A DNA stretch of 64,000 nt, from the NCBI GenBank assembly GCA_000708835.1, contig DF237158.1:1-64000 (forward strand), read 5' to 3'. Shown here one piece after another: positions 35,734 to 46,943 of the stretch (positions are counted from its first letter, which is position 1; each line of letters starts with the position of its first letter). Origin of the DNA: Klebsormidium nitens (Eukaryota; Plantae; Klebsormidiophyceae). The notes under the pieces are model-generated. The model saw nothing but the letters and a program-made list of their open reading frames with translations, did not search any database and was not told the origin of the DNA. The translations under genes were made by a program, and so were the position numbers.

Positions 35734-38700
35734 TCAGCCCCCCGAGTGCGAAACAGGCTCCGTCACGAAGCGCCCATCCTTGAAACTGTTGACGAATTGC
35801 TCCGGCAGAGCGTGCTCGACGAGGTCGTCGGCCGCCGTCTTCCCGGGCACCAGCACGTTGATCTCGCTCGACTTGGCGGTCGTGATGGACGCGTTCAGCG
35901 AGCCCGCGCTCAGGTAGAGCTGGCAGCCGTCCACCTTGTCGATGGCGATTGTGGGCGCCACCCCGTTGCTCTGGATCTCCACGCTCGTGCTGTTCACCAC
36001 CTCGCACGCGGCCACCACGTCCTGCGACACGAGCACACTCGGACTCACCATCTCGATCGCTGAGCGTAACAATCGGTTTGTAAAAGAAGCTGCTCGAGCG
36101 TTCGGGTTTCGGAAAGGCCAGATCGTTCGACCCGTGAAACGGAGACCGACTAGACTGTCTAGGTTGTAATCGAAGACGCTGTGAAACTTAGAACCGGTGC
36201 GACGACTGCTCGAGCGGTATCCTCACCTCGAATACCAGGCCCGTCCTATTGCACTTGTCCACGGTGATGTTGTTCACTTTCCCTGCAGAGTACGCCGGAA
36301 GTGAGAATACAGCCGAGAGTTTCACTCCCGCCGCTGATGTCATACTGCTACCTACACAACGCAAGCAGGCAACCTGGAATCCATTATAAAGTGCCACTAG
36401 TATGACCGGAATAAAGAGGAATGAGAGGAATAATAGGAATCTGACTTCGAAGCAGACAAAATAACCAATGTGAAGTAATCAGACTGGCTGTTTGGACGAA
36501 ATGTGACCGGGTCATGAGCTCAGACGTGCATGATAAAACGTAATCCCAAGCGATTTGTGGAACATGCACCGAGACGGATCGACCTACCTTTGACCTGTAC
36601 GACCGTGTTTTTGCAGTTGTAGATGTAGACGGACTGCCGTGGGTTTGTCTCTGCAATAACGATGTCCTTTTTTCCGTTGAAATTCTCGACCACCCACCTG
36701 CAGCCGGAGAGCCTTGTCAGCAAGCCGATTGTTGAGCACTAAAAGACCAGGCTGCCGATGATGCTGATGGCACAACATTCGCAGTGCGCCGTCAATGTCT
36801 TGAAAACCTGGAAAGATGCGCCTCAGCTGGAACCCAGGGCAATAACAACTGATTCTCCTACGGAGATCTATCAAAAAGCTGCTTGATACAACGATTCAGT
36901 GGCTGCATTCCACATAAAGTGTGCGTAGGGCAGTAAAATTCGTAGTTGGCGGGGCTCACTTGCGATCCTGCTGCAGTTCGAACTTGGGTGCGGCCGCCGC
37001 TGGAGCTGCTGCCTTGGAGGCCGCTGCAGGAGTAGCAGCGGGGGGGGCAGCCGAAGCAGGAACAGCGCCGGTGCGGTCGGTCCGGTTCTTGGTCTTCATG
37101 TCGTCAGTCACCTTGCGCAAGCCTAAGGAGCAGACGGCAGGGGGCGGTGAGGGATGAGGAGAACCTCCGGCGCTGAGGAAGCAAGCTTTGGTCAGAATCT
37201 GTTGCAGTACAGCCGAGTCTCAAGTGCTCAGGTATCTTGAACGATGGCTGGCTCCTTGCATCGGCTTGATGTATTTAACGTCCAAAAAGGTGACGTGCAG
37301 CTAACGTTCTTGCATTCAACGTTAAGAGCTGTGAGATTAAGATTGATGTCCATCTTTCAGCTGCACAAATGCGACAGACCAAGTCGCTTCCAGTGGGAAC
37401 CCGAGTTCTAAGTGACAACGATATCACCGCTGTTCATGAATGTCGTCAATTAGCACCCCACTTGGTGGAACTTCCCAACCAAGAAGCAAGAGGTCACGTC
37501 CCCCTTTCCTGCCACAGAAAACGTGCACAAACGCACGTGGCATGCTTTGGCCGCGGCGGGCCGCTGCCAGTTCCTCACCCGATGTGACCGCGTCTCCCTT
37601 GTTCAAGTCCTGCAGGAGCGCGCTCATGCCTGATGCAGGTGCGGGGGCAGCGGCCCGCGGCTGCAGCAGCGAGCCTGCAGGGGGGGTAGGGGGCGGGGCG
37701 GGAGCCTTGCGGGGAGGGGGGGGAGGTGTACGGGTGGCTGCGGGAGGGGCGGTGGAGGCAGGGGCTTCGCCTTTGAACTGGGAGATGGGGATGCCATTGG
37801 GCTTCCAAGCAGGGCCGGTGGTTTGATGCTGCTTGACGTAGTCCTTGAGGCCGGGCAGGAAGACGGCCTTGAGCGCCTTGCACCACTCCACGTGCTGCGC
37901 GTCCTTGTTGCGGTACGCCATTAGCACCTGCGCAATCGCAGGCGTGACTATGGCGGGCTTCACTTGACGCTCCTTTCAAGCGGCTTCTGAAGCAGTGCTC
38001 AGTATGTAAGTTCTGGTCCACAGCATGCCCATGAGCTTGCACAATAACGAACATAGAAAGGACCCCTGCTAATGATCTTGCAATGTTGATGCCTTCAGTG
38101 GTACGCATAGATACTTGGAGGGATGATGCCTGTACCTTGTTCACATAGAACTCCGCTGCTTGGAAGGTCTCTTCCACATGCTGGGCTGGTAGACTCATCC
38201 CTGCAGAAGAAGACAAACGCCACCATGAGTGGCCATGAATCCTGGCAAGCTGCTTCAATTGAGCTGCTTCCATCGCAAAATTTAACAGAGACAGGTATGA
38301 GCTAAATACCACAGCTTCACCAGTAATCATCAAGTCGAGCAGTGCCAAATTATCCTGAGCACCTGTCCTGCTCACCGCTCTCCTTCCCTGCGTAGAGCAC
38401 CCAGGTGAGTGCCTGCAGGCTGTCCGCCACCGCCTTGAGGTGCTGGAACTCGTCCGTCCTCTTGCCCTCAGTCAGGCTGCCCGCCTTCATCATGACCTCC
38501 CCAACAGGACTCACCAACGCCTGCATCTCTGCTGGAGTGGGCGCCTGCAGGCAACCACCTGGTGCTTCATACTCATGCGACACCCCCATCATCCTGTGTA
38601 TTGTCAGGGATCAACGGTGTGTGAATAATCAACAAACGCAGTAACTAGGCTCTAGCCTGCTCAAGGTTTGGAATGTATTAAGCATTACTAAGGTGGACGG

Positions 38701-39430
38701 GCCAACCTACTGTGGTACCCTTCTGGCTGGAGGCGACCACTGGCTTCTTCCCTGTTACTTAGCTCTCAAAGCAATCTCATTGTGTCCAAGCAGAAATGTG
38801 ATAAAGATGTCAGCATTCGCAGGATCATTTTCGCACATTCCATCTGTAGGCCGGAGGCAAAGCACACAGTTGACATTACAACCGCCAAGTTCCATTGTGA
38901 GGGCTGGTAACTTACAGCTGAGGAACTTCCAGCAGCAATGACAGCACAGAAGCCTTGCACAGAACCCTGCGAGCCAAAGAATCTGATCGTCCGCTAACAG
39001 GCACAGATTTAATACAAGGCATCAAAGCGCGTGTCGATCCCAGGGTGGGCCTGTGTGAGGTGACAGTGAATCCTGCACAGCATCAATTCTTGACAATCTT
39101 GAGCGCCTCGTATGCAGGACTCACCTTGCAATGGGAGATTGCCAGGACAACATTGCGTTCTCTTTTGAACGCCTCCTCCAACAGCTTGGAGGCCTCTCGA
39201 ACTGGGCCTCCGATGGCCTCTGATGCTCCCACAAACTTGGTCACTGCAGTGTCAATCAGCTCATCAAAAGCCGCAACAGAGGTGGCCAACGAGGACTCCG
39301 TGGGTGAGGCAGTGCTTGGATCCGGCTGTCCTGTGGCGCCACCGCTGCCAGAAGCAATGCCCCCGGCAGACTCAAGCTTCTCCACTGCAATTTCCAGGCG
39401 CCGGACCAGCGCTTCCAGATTGGAAGCCAT
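35734..39430 (-). CDS. CAP1: Adenylyl cyclase-associated protein (CAP/Srv2), actin monomer-binding; multi-exon
   Basis: N-terminus MASNLEALVRRLEIAVEKLE; helical domain HLKAVADSLQALTWV..P..HVEE..QAAEFYVNKV and HVEWCKALK..L..YVKQHQTTGPAW; poly-Pro; WH2 ALLQDLNKG..VTSG/LRKVTDDMKTKNR; CARP WVVENF, VYIYNC, KVNNITVDKC, PTIAIDK.DGCQLYLS, ITTAKSSEINV, LPEQF. Confidence 0.97.
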
Positions 39431-39946
39431 GGCCTGCTCTTGACAAACCCGCACTTCAAAGGCCTTGTTGCGCAAGGGTTTATGCGGCCAGCACCTCTTG
39501 ATGTCAGGCTGTGTGAAGTAGGTAGGTGGGTACCGTACTTCAAGATCAAGGTTTTAGGCTCAGGTAGGTACATGTCGGACTCTGACTCTGAGCAAAGGTG
39601 CTTGGTGAAGCTGGGACAGCTGCAGGGGCCCGTTAGGTAGGGAAGACTGACGTTCAAGGGCTGTGAATTCACCCGCTGGATTGAGGTTCTTGCCACTTGT
39701 TCAAGTACCATAATGACAGAGCTGAAGAGGTGGCAGTGCTCAGTGTTCACTGACAGCTCAGAAATTTGGCCCTGCTGCAGCAGCTCAGCTCGACACGAGG
39801 AGGTGGTGAGCTCTCGGGTGTGCAGGATTCAGACAATTAAAGTGGCAGATCAAGCAGCAAAAGTTTCTGCGAATATGTGTCGCCAACTCTTAGTAATGTT
39901 TTGACGGGGGAGAGCATAGTCCAAATTGAAGAGTCAGGCGGGGCCA
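39431..39946. promoter_or_regulatory. Probable bidirectional promoter (CAP1 / glycosyltransferase-like gene)
   Basis: Divergent ATGs about 516 bp apart. Confidence 0.45.
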
Positions 39947-42868
39947 ATGGCGGCGCAAGGGGTTGGAGCAAAGGTTCTGATCCAGACCTTTGCCTTTCTC
40001 TTCCTCCTGTTTGTAGCGGTCTATTATGTCTCCATGGCCAGCTCAACAAGGTCGACAGACATCTGCTATGCTCTGCAGATTGATTGTAGTGAGTCCTGGT
40101 CGTTTTGGGGCAAACATCCAGAGCAATTGCTTTTGCCCACAGTGTACAAGTTTGAGAATGAAGGACGATGCCCTGTGTACACTTACTTTGAGCCAACGCA
40201 GGAGGCGCCTTTAGAAATGGTCAAACTTCATCGACTGGCACAGGTGTGGCGCAAGAATTGGTGAGCTGCCTGACTAGCTTGCACGCACCTTCTCACTCTC
40301 AGTGTGCCCATGAAGCACAAAATGACCTGTCCTGCTCTCTTGACAGATGTTCTCCGGAACAGACTCTGAGGCAATAGACACTGCAATGTGGTCTTAACTT
40401 AATCTGAGGTTCGGCGTTTCAATGTCCTTGTCCTTGAAGTTCCTTGTCTGATAAGTATATGCCGGATTTTGCAAGTCTTTGAGGGTCTTTGTTGCAGAAC
40501 GATACAACTTCAGCATTGCTGCTGCAGAAGGCAATGAGGCAGAGGGGGCCACAGAGGGCCTGGCTTTTGTAGGATTCATACACTTTCTTTGCCATTCTTT
40601 TCATTGACCTTCCCTCAGTCAGCTGCCACACCTTGAACAACTTGCGCCTCGAGGAGAAAAACGAACATACAACTTGACGCCCCACACCGTCGTGATTCTA
40701 CGCGCAGGTACCGTGCGGGGTGGAAGCCGTATGTCATTGGGGAGGACGAAGCAAGAGATCATCCCCTGTATCAAGAGCTGCGGGAAAAGTTCAGATTGCT
40801 TCCAACGGTCAACGACAGGTTCTATGAACTACAGTGCTATCTGCGCTGGGTGGCAATGGCAAACCTTGGCGGGGGGTTCATGTCTGACTATGACATCTTG
40901 AACTACGGCTTCCCGCCTCCACCCGCTTCGGAGCTTAGTGGGCCCTGCGGGAGGGGCACCCTGACATCTTACGAGAGCCTTATGCCCATGCTCGTGTCGG
41001 GGGACTCAGAAGCCTACATACACATGGCAAAACTGTTTGCCAATTATCAGGTGTGGACAGATTCCTCCTCTGAAATGAAGGTTGAGTTTGTCTTCATTGT
41101 GGGCTTAGGCCTCAAGTGAACTGAAACAGTTGTAGCGAAAGCCCAGTCGGTGCATCTTGATTGCCTTGCCATACAATGCTTCCATTGTTTGAGAGCTGAA
41201 TTGGGCAACAGGGTGAGAGCAGTTTGAGGTTCGTCATCTGAGAGAATTGCATGAGCTGAACTCACAACACTCTTCTGCATTTGCAACAGGTACAGAACGA
41301 CGATCTTGATGCCAAAGGGAGACCGCATGTGTCTGATATGGAGCTGACTCTTAGCCGGTTCTCACATGAGTTCGAGGTTAAGCCGCATCAAGATACGCTC
41401 ATCCACTACTCTCATTGGTGAGTGCAACTTGAGTTTCAGAGATCTTTTTCCCTTGTTCTTGATTTCAGGGCACAGAAAATAGCCCTCACGCATGCCGCTT
41501 TCATGATTTACTGATACAGTTCGATCTTCAAACGTGAGCACAGATTCGTGTGGATTCTGCAAAGAGATACGTTTTCGAGCGACTCCGTCCTGTCGTCAGT
41601 CACCTACATCGATCCATTCGCAGCTCCTGCCTCGATCAAGTGCTGCCTTTTGTTTTTGATGTCACGCTGGTCCCATTGCTGCCAAGGCCAAGGTGGCGGA
41701 CAATCAAGTGAAATTGAGTCGTGTAGGCCATGCTCTGAGCTTGTTACATACCAGAAGTAACGTACCTTGCCCAAGGTCCCGGTTCATACTGTCTGGTTTC
41801 AACATCCAGAACATCCGAAGTGGGAGACGGTCTATCCCAATTGTGTGCTGGCTACTTTCTTCAAGTAAACGCGAAGTGCCTGGCCCAACCAAAGGTCTTA
41901 TTCACCAATCTGTCCGGTATTCATTCAATTGCTTTCTTCATTGACACCAGGAAGTTGAGGGAGTAGATGTCTTCAATAATGGTTTGACGCAGCTCGCCTG
42001 GAGGTTTCGATGGCTTTTAGCATCGCTGATACCCTGTCCTCCTCGCAGGTACGTCCTGGACAACGTGGGCGAAATTCAGCTCCCACGGTGGCAGATTGTG
42101 AACAAGCTGGCTTGCTTCGAAGCTCTCTCTGTGAAAAAGTTGTCAGCGGTGTACCTTCCGTCGTTCACCGAGGGCGATCTAATCGCTAAGAACATGGTCG
42201 AGCGCTTGCAAAAGTGCCTGGTCACTGATCGTCAAAGTGCGCAGCGGAATCGAGCAAAGGAGCCGTATACCATCGTTCTCCTTCCGCCAAGCCCCATAGT
42301 AACTTTTGCTGTTGAGTATCTCAAGTACGTTAAAGGGACGGACTCGGTTCTGCTGCAGAGGTGGTTTGAGAAGAGCGCTGGGTTAGGCAAGCAGTTGACT
42401 TTTGAGGGGTTTCTGGGGAGTCTTGAAACCAGTGCAAAAAGTGTAAACGATTTCGATGGTCTAGTCCTTGGGCCTCTTCTCAACGGGGCCGGTGTCTCTG
42501 GGAGTGGGCTGTCCGCTATCGATCAGGTCGCAGCCGTAGAGAAGGCAATCAGCGGGGACCGTTTCATGGTAGGATTCCTGGACCAGGTCAACGAGACGCT
42601 GAGCTTATTAGAGTACGAGATTGGGTACGATCTGGATGAAGAAGATTACAAGGCTCTTGGGGAATGGCTTCAACACGAATGGGGTCAAATACACGAGGTG
42701 GTGCTCTCCTTGTCCTCTCGGGTACAGAAGCTATTCGAAACCAGTTTACCACTCGATACGAGGTTGCTTAGCTCTATGAGAAAACACTTCGAGATCAGAA
42801 CGCGGAAGTTTGCAGAGTGGACTTCGAGCAGCACAAAGCCGACTCCATATCGTTCAAGGGTCTCTTGA
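39947..42868 (+). CDS. Type II membrane (Golgi-type) DxD glycosyltransferase-like protein with a C-terminal degenerate sulfotransferase-like domain
   Basis: N-terminal TM VLIQTFAFLFLLFVAVYYV; W..NWYRAGWKPYVI..A..HPLY..LPTVN..YE..CYLRWVA...GGGFMSDYD. The last exon has YTIVLL.P..V.YL, LTFEGFL, FMVGFLDQ.NETLSLLE..IG and D..L...R..F. Middle exons (41.3-41.97 kb) are only tentatively resolved. Confidence 0.62.
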
Positions 42869-43821
42869 GGACGAATCTTAAGTTGATGACCAGCCGACGA
42901 GATCTTTCTCGTTTTATTTGGCCTCTGGACGGACGGCTGCAGTCATACTGCCCTTGTTGTCGTACTCTGATCCAGTCTTGATTGCAAAGTGCAAACATGC
43001 AAGTGGTGAACCCAGTAATGGTTGAAAGCTTGGATGATCGTACTAACAATTCGATCTTGTCCAGCATGTCTCCAACCTACTGGCCGCGCCCGCGCCGGCC
43101 TGGCACCGTGCCAACCATGCATATGGGTGCTGAAATGACAGGCCGGATAATATCAGGGAATCCAAGCTCGCACTTCATGTGATAACTTGCTGCATGTCCG
43201 CACTGACACGTGCGGCGTGCTTGCATGCGCCAACGCATGTTGGCAACGTTTGTATCCAGTCCGATCCGGGGACCATGAACATGACGATCCGCATCGGTGC
43301 AGGACGGTACGCATGTATATATATTGCACTTGAGAGCCAGTGGCATGTAAACAAGCTAGAGCTGTATATTGATGACTCGATATACATGACGGTATACTGA
43401 TAGACTAGGTAATACACAGTCTATGAAAGACAGCTCGCTCAAGTCACCGCACGCATGTGCTCGGATGCAGCCCGTGCCGTGCGCGCAGCGGACATTGCAG
43501 CGTTCCTGCAACTCACGTACACACATACTTATGCACTTACACAAACCGGCTACAGCGCTGAAGTTCAGGCTAAAGCGTTGTAGTTGATTGATCAGCGCCC
43601 CCGACAATTAGGCCACCGCATGCACCTGATTTGACATGTTTGTGGCACGCACATGCTTCGCAAATTTATCTTTCTATTGTGGCAGCCAGCCTTCGCAAAC
43701 GTCAAAGCATGCAGCAGTGAGGACGTTCAGGACACGGCTTAAAATCGTGATCCGAAATAAGAACCTAATCAACAACTCGGGCAGCGAGCTTCTAAGGACA
43801 AATTGGTTGCGGGTTGTTCTA

Positions 43822-45545
43822 TTAAGTGGCTTTGGGCAATGTTACAGCTGTTTCCGGCGTGTCCATATACTCAGCCCTGTACCAGAAGGATTTTGAGAGG
43901 CGTCAGATGAATATGTGCTGCAGAGTAGCATCGAAAGTCCTCAGGAACAAACAGATGCAACCAGAGGCGTAGTGAAGATTGCAATAAACAATCCAGAAAC
44001 AGGCTTGTCCAACAAACGTGCTGAAAGTTGATTGAGAATCTAAGAGATCAGCTAAAGCCTGCTTTGCCGTGGTTCAAACGACAAAGAGACTCACTTTAAC
44101 TTTCGCCCCAATTGATAAAGGCCTGTAGCAGCCATGAACATGTTCACTGTCATCAGGTTATAATTGACCTGCAAAAAAGGGATGACAAAGTCGCATCTAA
44201 CAACCCGCTTCTTGCAACTTGGGAGTAAGTCATGCGGAGTTCTTGCCACTGCCATCTTTCTTGTACAAAGGTTTACCCAAGCTTTGCTCAAGTCCTCTCC
44301 TGGCTCTAGATGTGTCACATCCCTTTCGCATCATTCATTGCAGCCAGACTGGCTTGCTCCAGTGCTTCGAGCAGGGCTCTCAGCATTCACCAATGACATC
44401 CATCTTTGAAAAGAGCAGATCGGTCCTCCAGATCTGATGCAAAGAAGCGCATTGCAAAGAAGCTTGGAAGAGAATTCTCAAACCAATCAGAGCTCAATTC
44501 CCAACATCATCAGAGTCCTTGCCTCAGCCAGTGAACAGAAGTTGTGGACTCACAGGAATGATTTGTGTTGAGTATCTGGTCCAGATGACACCCGTAGCGG
44601 TGATGGCTGCAACATAGAAACCCCTTCATCAAAGAGAATGTAAACGCAAATTGGGCAATTAGCGCTAAGAAGAGGAATTCACCAAGGCACATTTGAAAGC
44701 ATGGGTTTTGCGTCTGCCTGCCTTTTTGGAAGGGCACCTTATTGCAGCACCACAATCTCAGACTTCAACTTCAGCAGTAACCGAAGCGGATCCGCTGCAG
44801 AACGGACTTCCGGAGCACTTGTGTTGGTTTCAGGGCAGTAACCGGGGAGCCAACGAACCTGTCTGCTGTGGGTACGATATCTTCTCGACAGGTTTGCTCA
44901 TGTCAGCAACGTTGGCCAGGCTGATGCCCCATTTGAATGTGGGTGCCCAGAAATGAACTGCAAGACTACAATACTTGGTAAGCCAGCTCCAATCAGCTTG
45001 CACATGTACCACAAACATGTTAGTGAGCGTCCAAACGTTGCTCATCTTGTACCAGTACCTTTCAATGTCCGGCTTCAATGGGTGTCTTTGTTTCCTGCCT
45101 AACGCAACCGCATGCTGTTTAAGTGTGAAGTTCCAGCCAACCAACAATATGGGGCCACCTCAAGGGGAAAAAGAACATCACAAAAGCTGTGGGACACCTC
45201 AGTTTGCACCTTGCGGCCATGCTCATGAGGGGCGAGGCCTTCACATTCAGCACTATACGCCCATCTCAGCCTGAATCGACCAAGGTCAATAAGTACGCAT
45301 TGCAAAGGCGCGGCTTGGTTCTAGTCAAATGCCACGAAGCGGGGCAATACCTGCCGGGTAGTGAATGGCTGTCAATGGAAAGCATGCTGAGGACTGCATA
45401 CTGGAGCCCAACACTCCTTGCAACAGGATGGAACTGCCCTCAAGCTGCAGCCAGAGCATGTTATGAAAGTTGTGTTCATTGACTTACTTGTCTTTGGACC
45501 CACTGGCGAGTTCCAAAAGCCGACCAATTTTGCTCCAATACTCAT
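43822..45545 (-). CDS. MPC2: Mitochondrial pyruvate carrier, MPC2-type (multi-exon)
   Basis: Spliced protein: MSIGAKLVGFWNSPVGPKTIHFWAPTFKWGISLANVADMSKPVEKISYPQQ..AITATGVIWTRYSTQIIP VNYNLMTVNMFMAATGLYQLGRKLK AEYM... The last exon (43822-43876) is less certain. Confidence 0.95.
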
Positions 45546-46943
45546 TTTGGCGGATGCAGAACTCTTCGTAAACCTAAGCAGATTTCTGACGGAGCCTTTT
45601 TACTAATTTCTGCCTATGCACAATCTGGATCAAAGCTGAAAGTGCCTGTCAACCCTCTGGCCAGCTATTGGGAATTGTGAGCTCAGAATTGATCGAGTCA
45701 GCACACTCTTACAAGTAATACCTATTTCTGCCACTAGAGCCTAGAGGATGAGGGGAGAAATGCTGAGAATTCAGACAGATCTATGCTTCACTGCCTACAG
45801 CCTCAGGGTCCCGAGTTCACCAGAGTCTCCGCCCTTCTTGGTGCAAGCGCCCTTCCTGTTCAAGGCTGTTGACCTTGACAGTGTTGTAAAGGCACGCAAA
45901 CACACACCAGACCGTCATACAATTTTTCCCGACAATTCGACCGGGAAAGCAGATTATTTATGCTGATTCCAACATGACAATCCGACAGTCGACTGCTCGA
46001 TGATCTCGAGGGGGAATTCGAGGCTGATTTTGGCCGTTTTGGCAACTTTTGGGGCTTCTAACTCCTGAGGACTGCTGAACCGTTTCAGTTTTTAACGTTT
46101 TCCCAATTTCCACTATCCGAACAGGAAATCCGAATTTTCGACTTTCCGAATGCAGATACCGGTACATGGACCGGTCTGAGCTTCTTTAGAATCAGGCTCT
46201 TTTTGCTGAATATCCGCCGTATAGGTAGGTATGCCGATCGGTTGCTGAACGGTCTACGATATACAAGGACTGGCCGGCCTCGGCAAATCGAGCTAGGGCG
46301 AGGAATCAGGATTCTCCTGAGATTTCCAATGGCCTTTCAATGACCCGGCCACTGCGGTCTGAGTCCTGAGTCCTGACTGGCCCTCCTGGAGGGTTCACGA
46401 TACTCGGTTTTATTCCGCATAACCCGGGAATGAGTACGCGTGGCAACATTGCAGCCAAGATGCAACTAGACGAATGGCTGCGATGACATTTGTGTCCATC
46501 ACATGAGGCAAACACACCGTACAGCGTGTCGCTATATCAACGATTGATGCAATCGTTGAACGGTGAGGATTTGCCATGCTTACGAATTTGAGCGGCAAGA
46601 GATGTTAATCCAAGAACCGCCAGTTGCTGTGCCCAGTAGATTTGAATCAAGCCCACTCTCCTAGCCCCTAGGTACGTAGCGGGGAACCATCCTCGTTCTT
46701 TCGAAAGGTTCAGAGGTCCGCAGATGCTCATCACGCCTTACACAATCGATCGGCGCTGCAACAAGGTCAAGGAGGCGACGGCTTGTAGACGTCACGAGAG
46801 ATGTAAAGAAGGTGCCGTACATTCTTTTCATTGGGCTCGCTCCAAGGATAACTGAAGGGTAGTTTTGGGTGCAGCTCCGCAACCCGCATTACATCTGTTA
46901 GATACCATCTCTTCATCAAACGTTGGATCATAGCTGGGACGGC

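Noticed and set aside
37681-37730. G-run cluster that looks like a G-quadruplex
   Set aside because: Direct consequence of the poly-proline codons of CAP1 on the minus strand.
45990-46150. T-rich ttttgg/ttttc tract resembling a MITE arm
   Set aside because: I could not find an inverted partner or TSD, and it shows no similarity to the 1-502 element.
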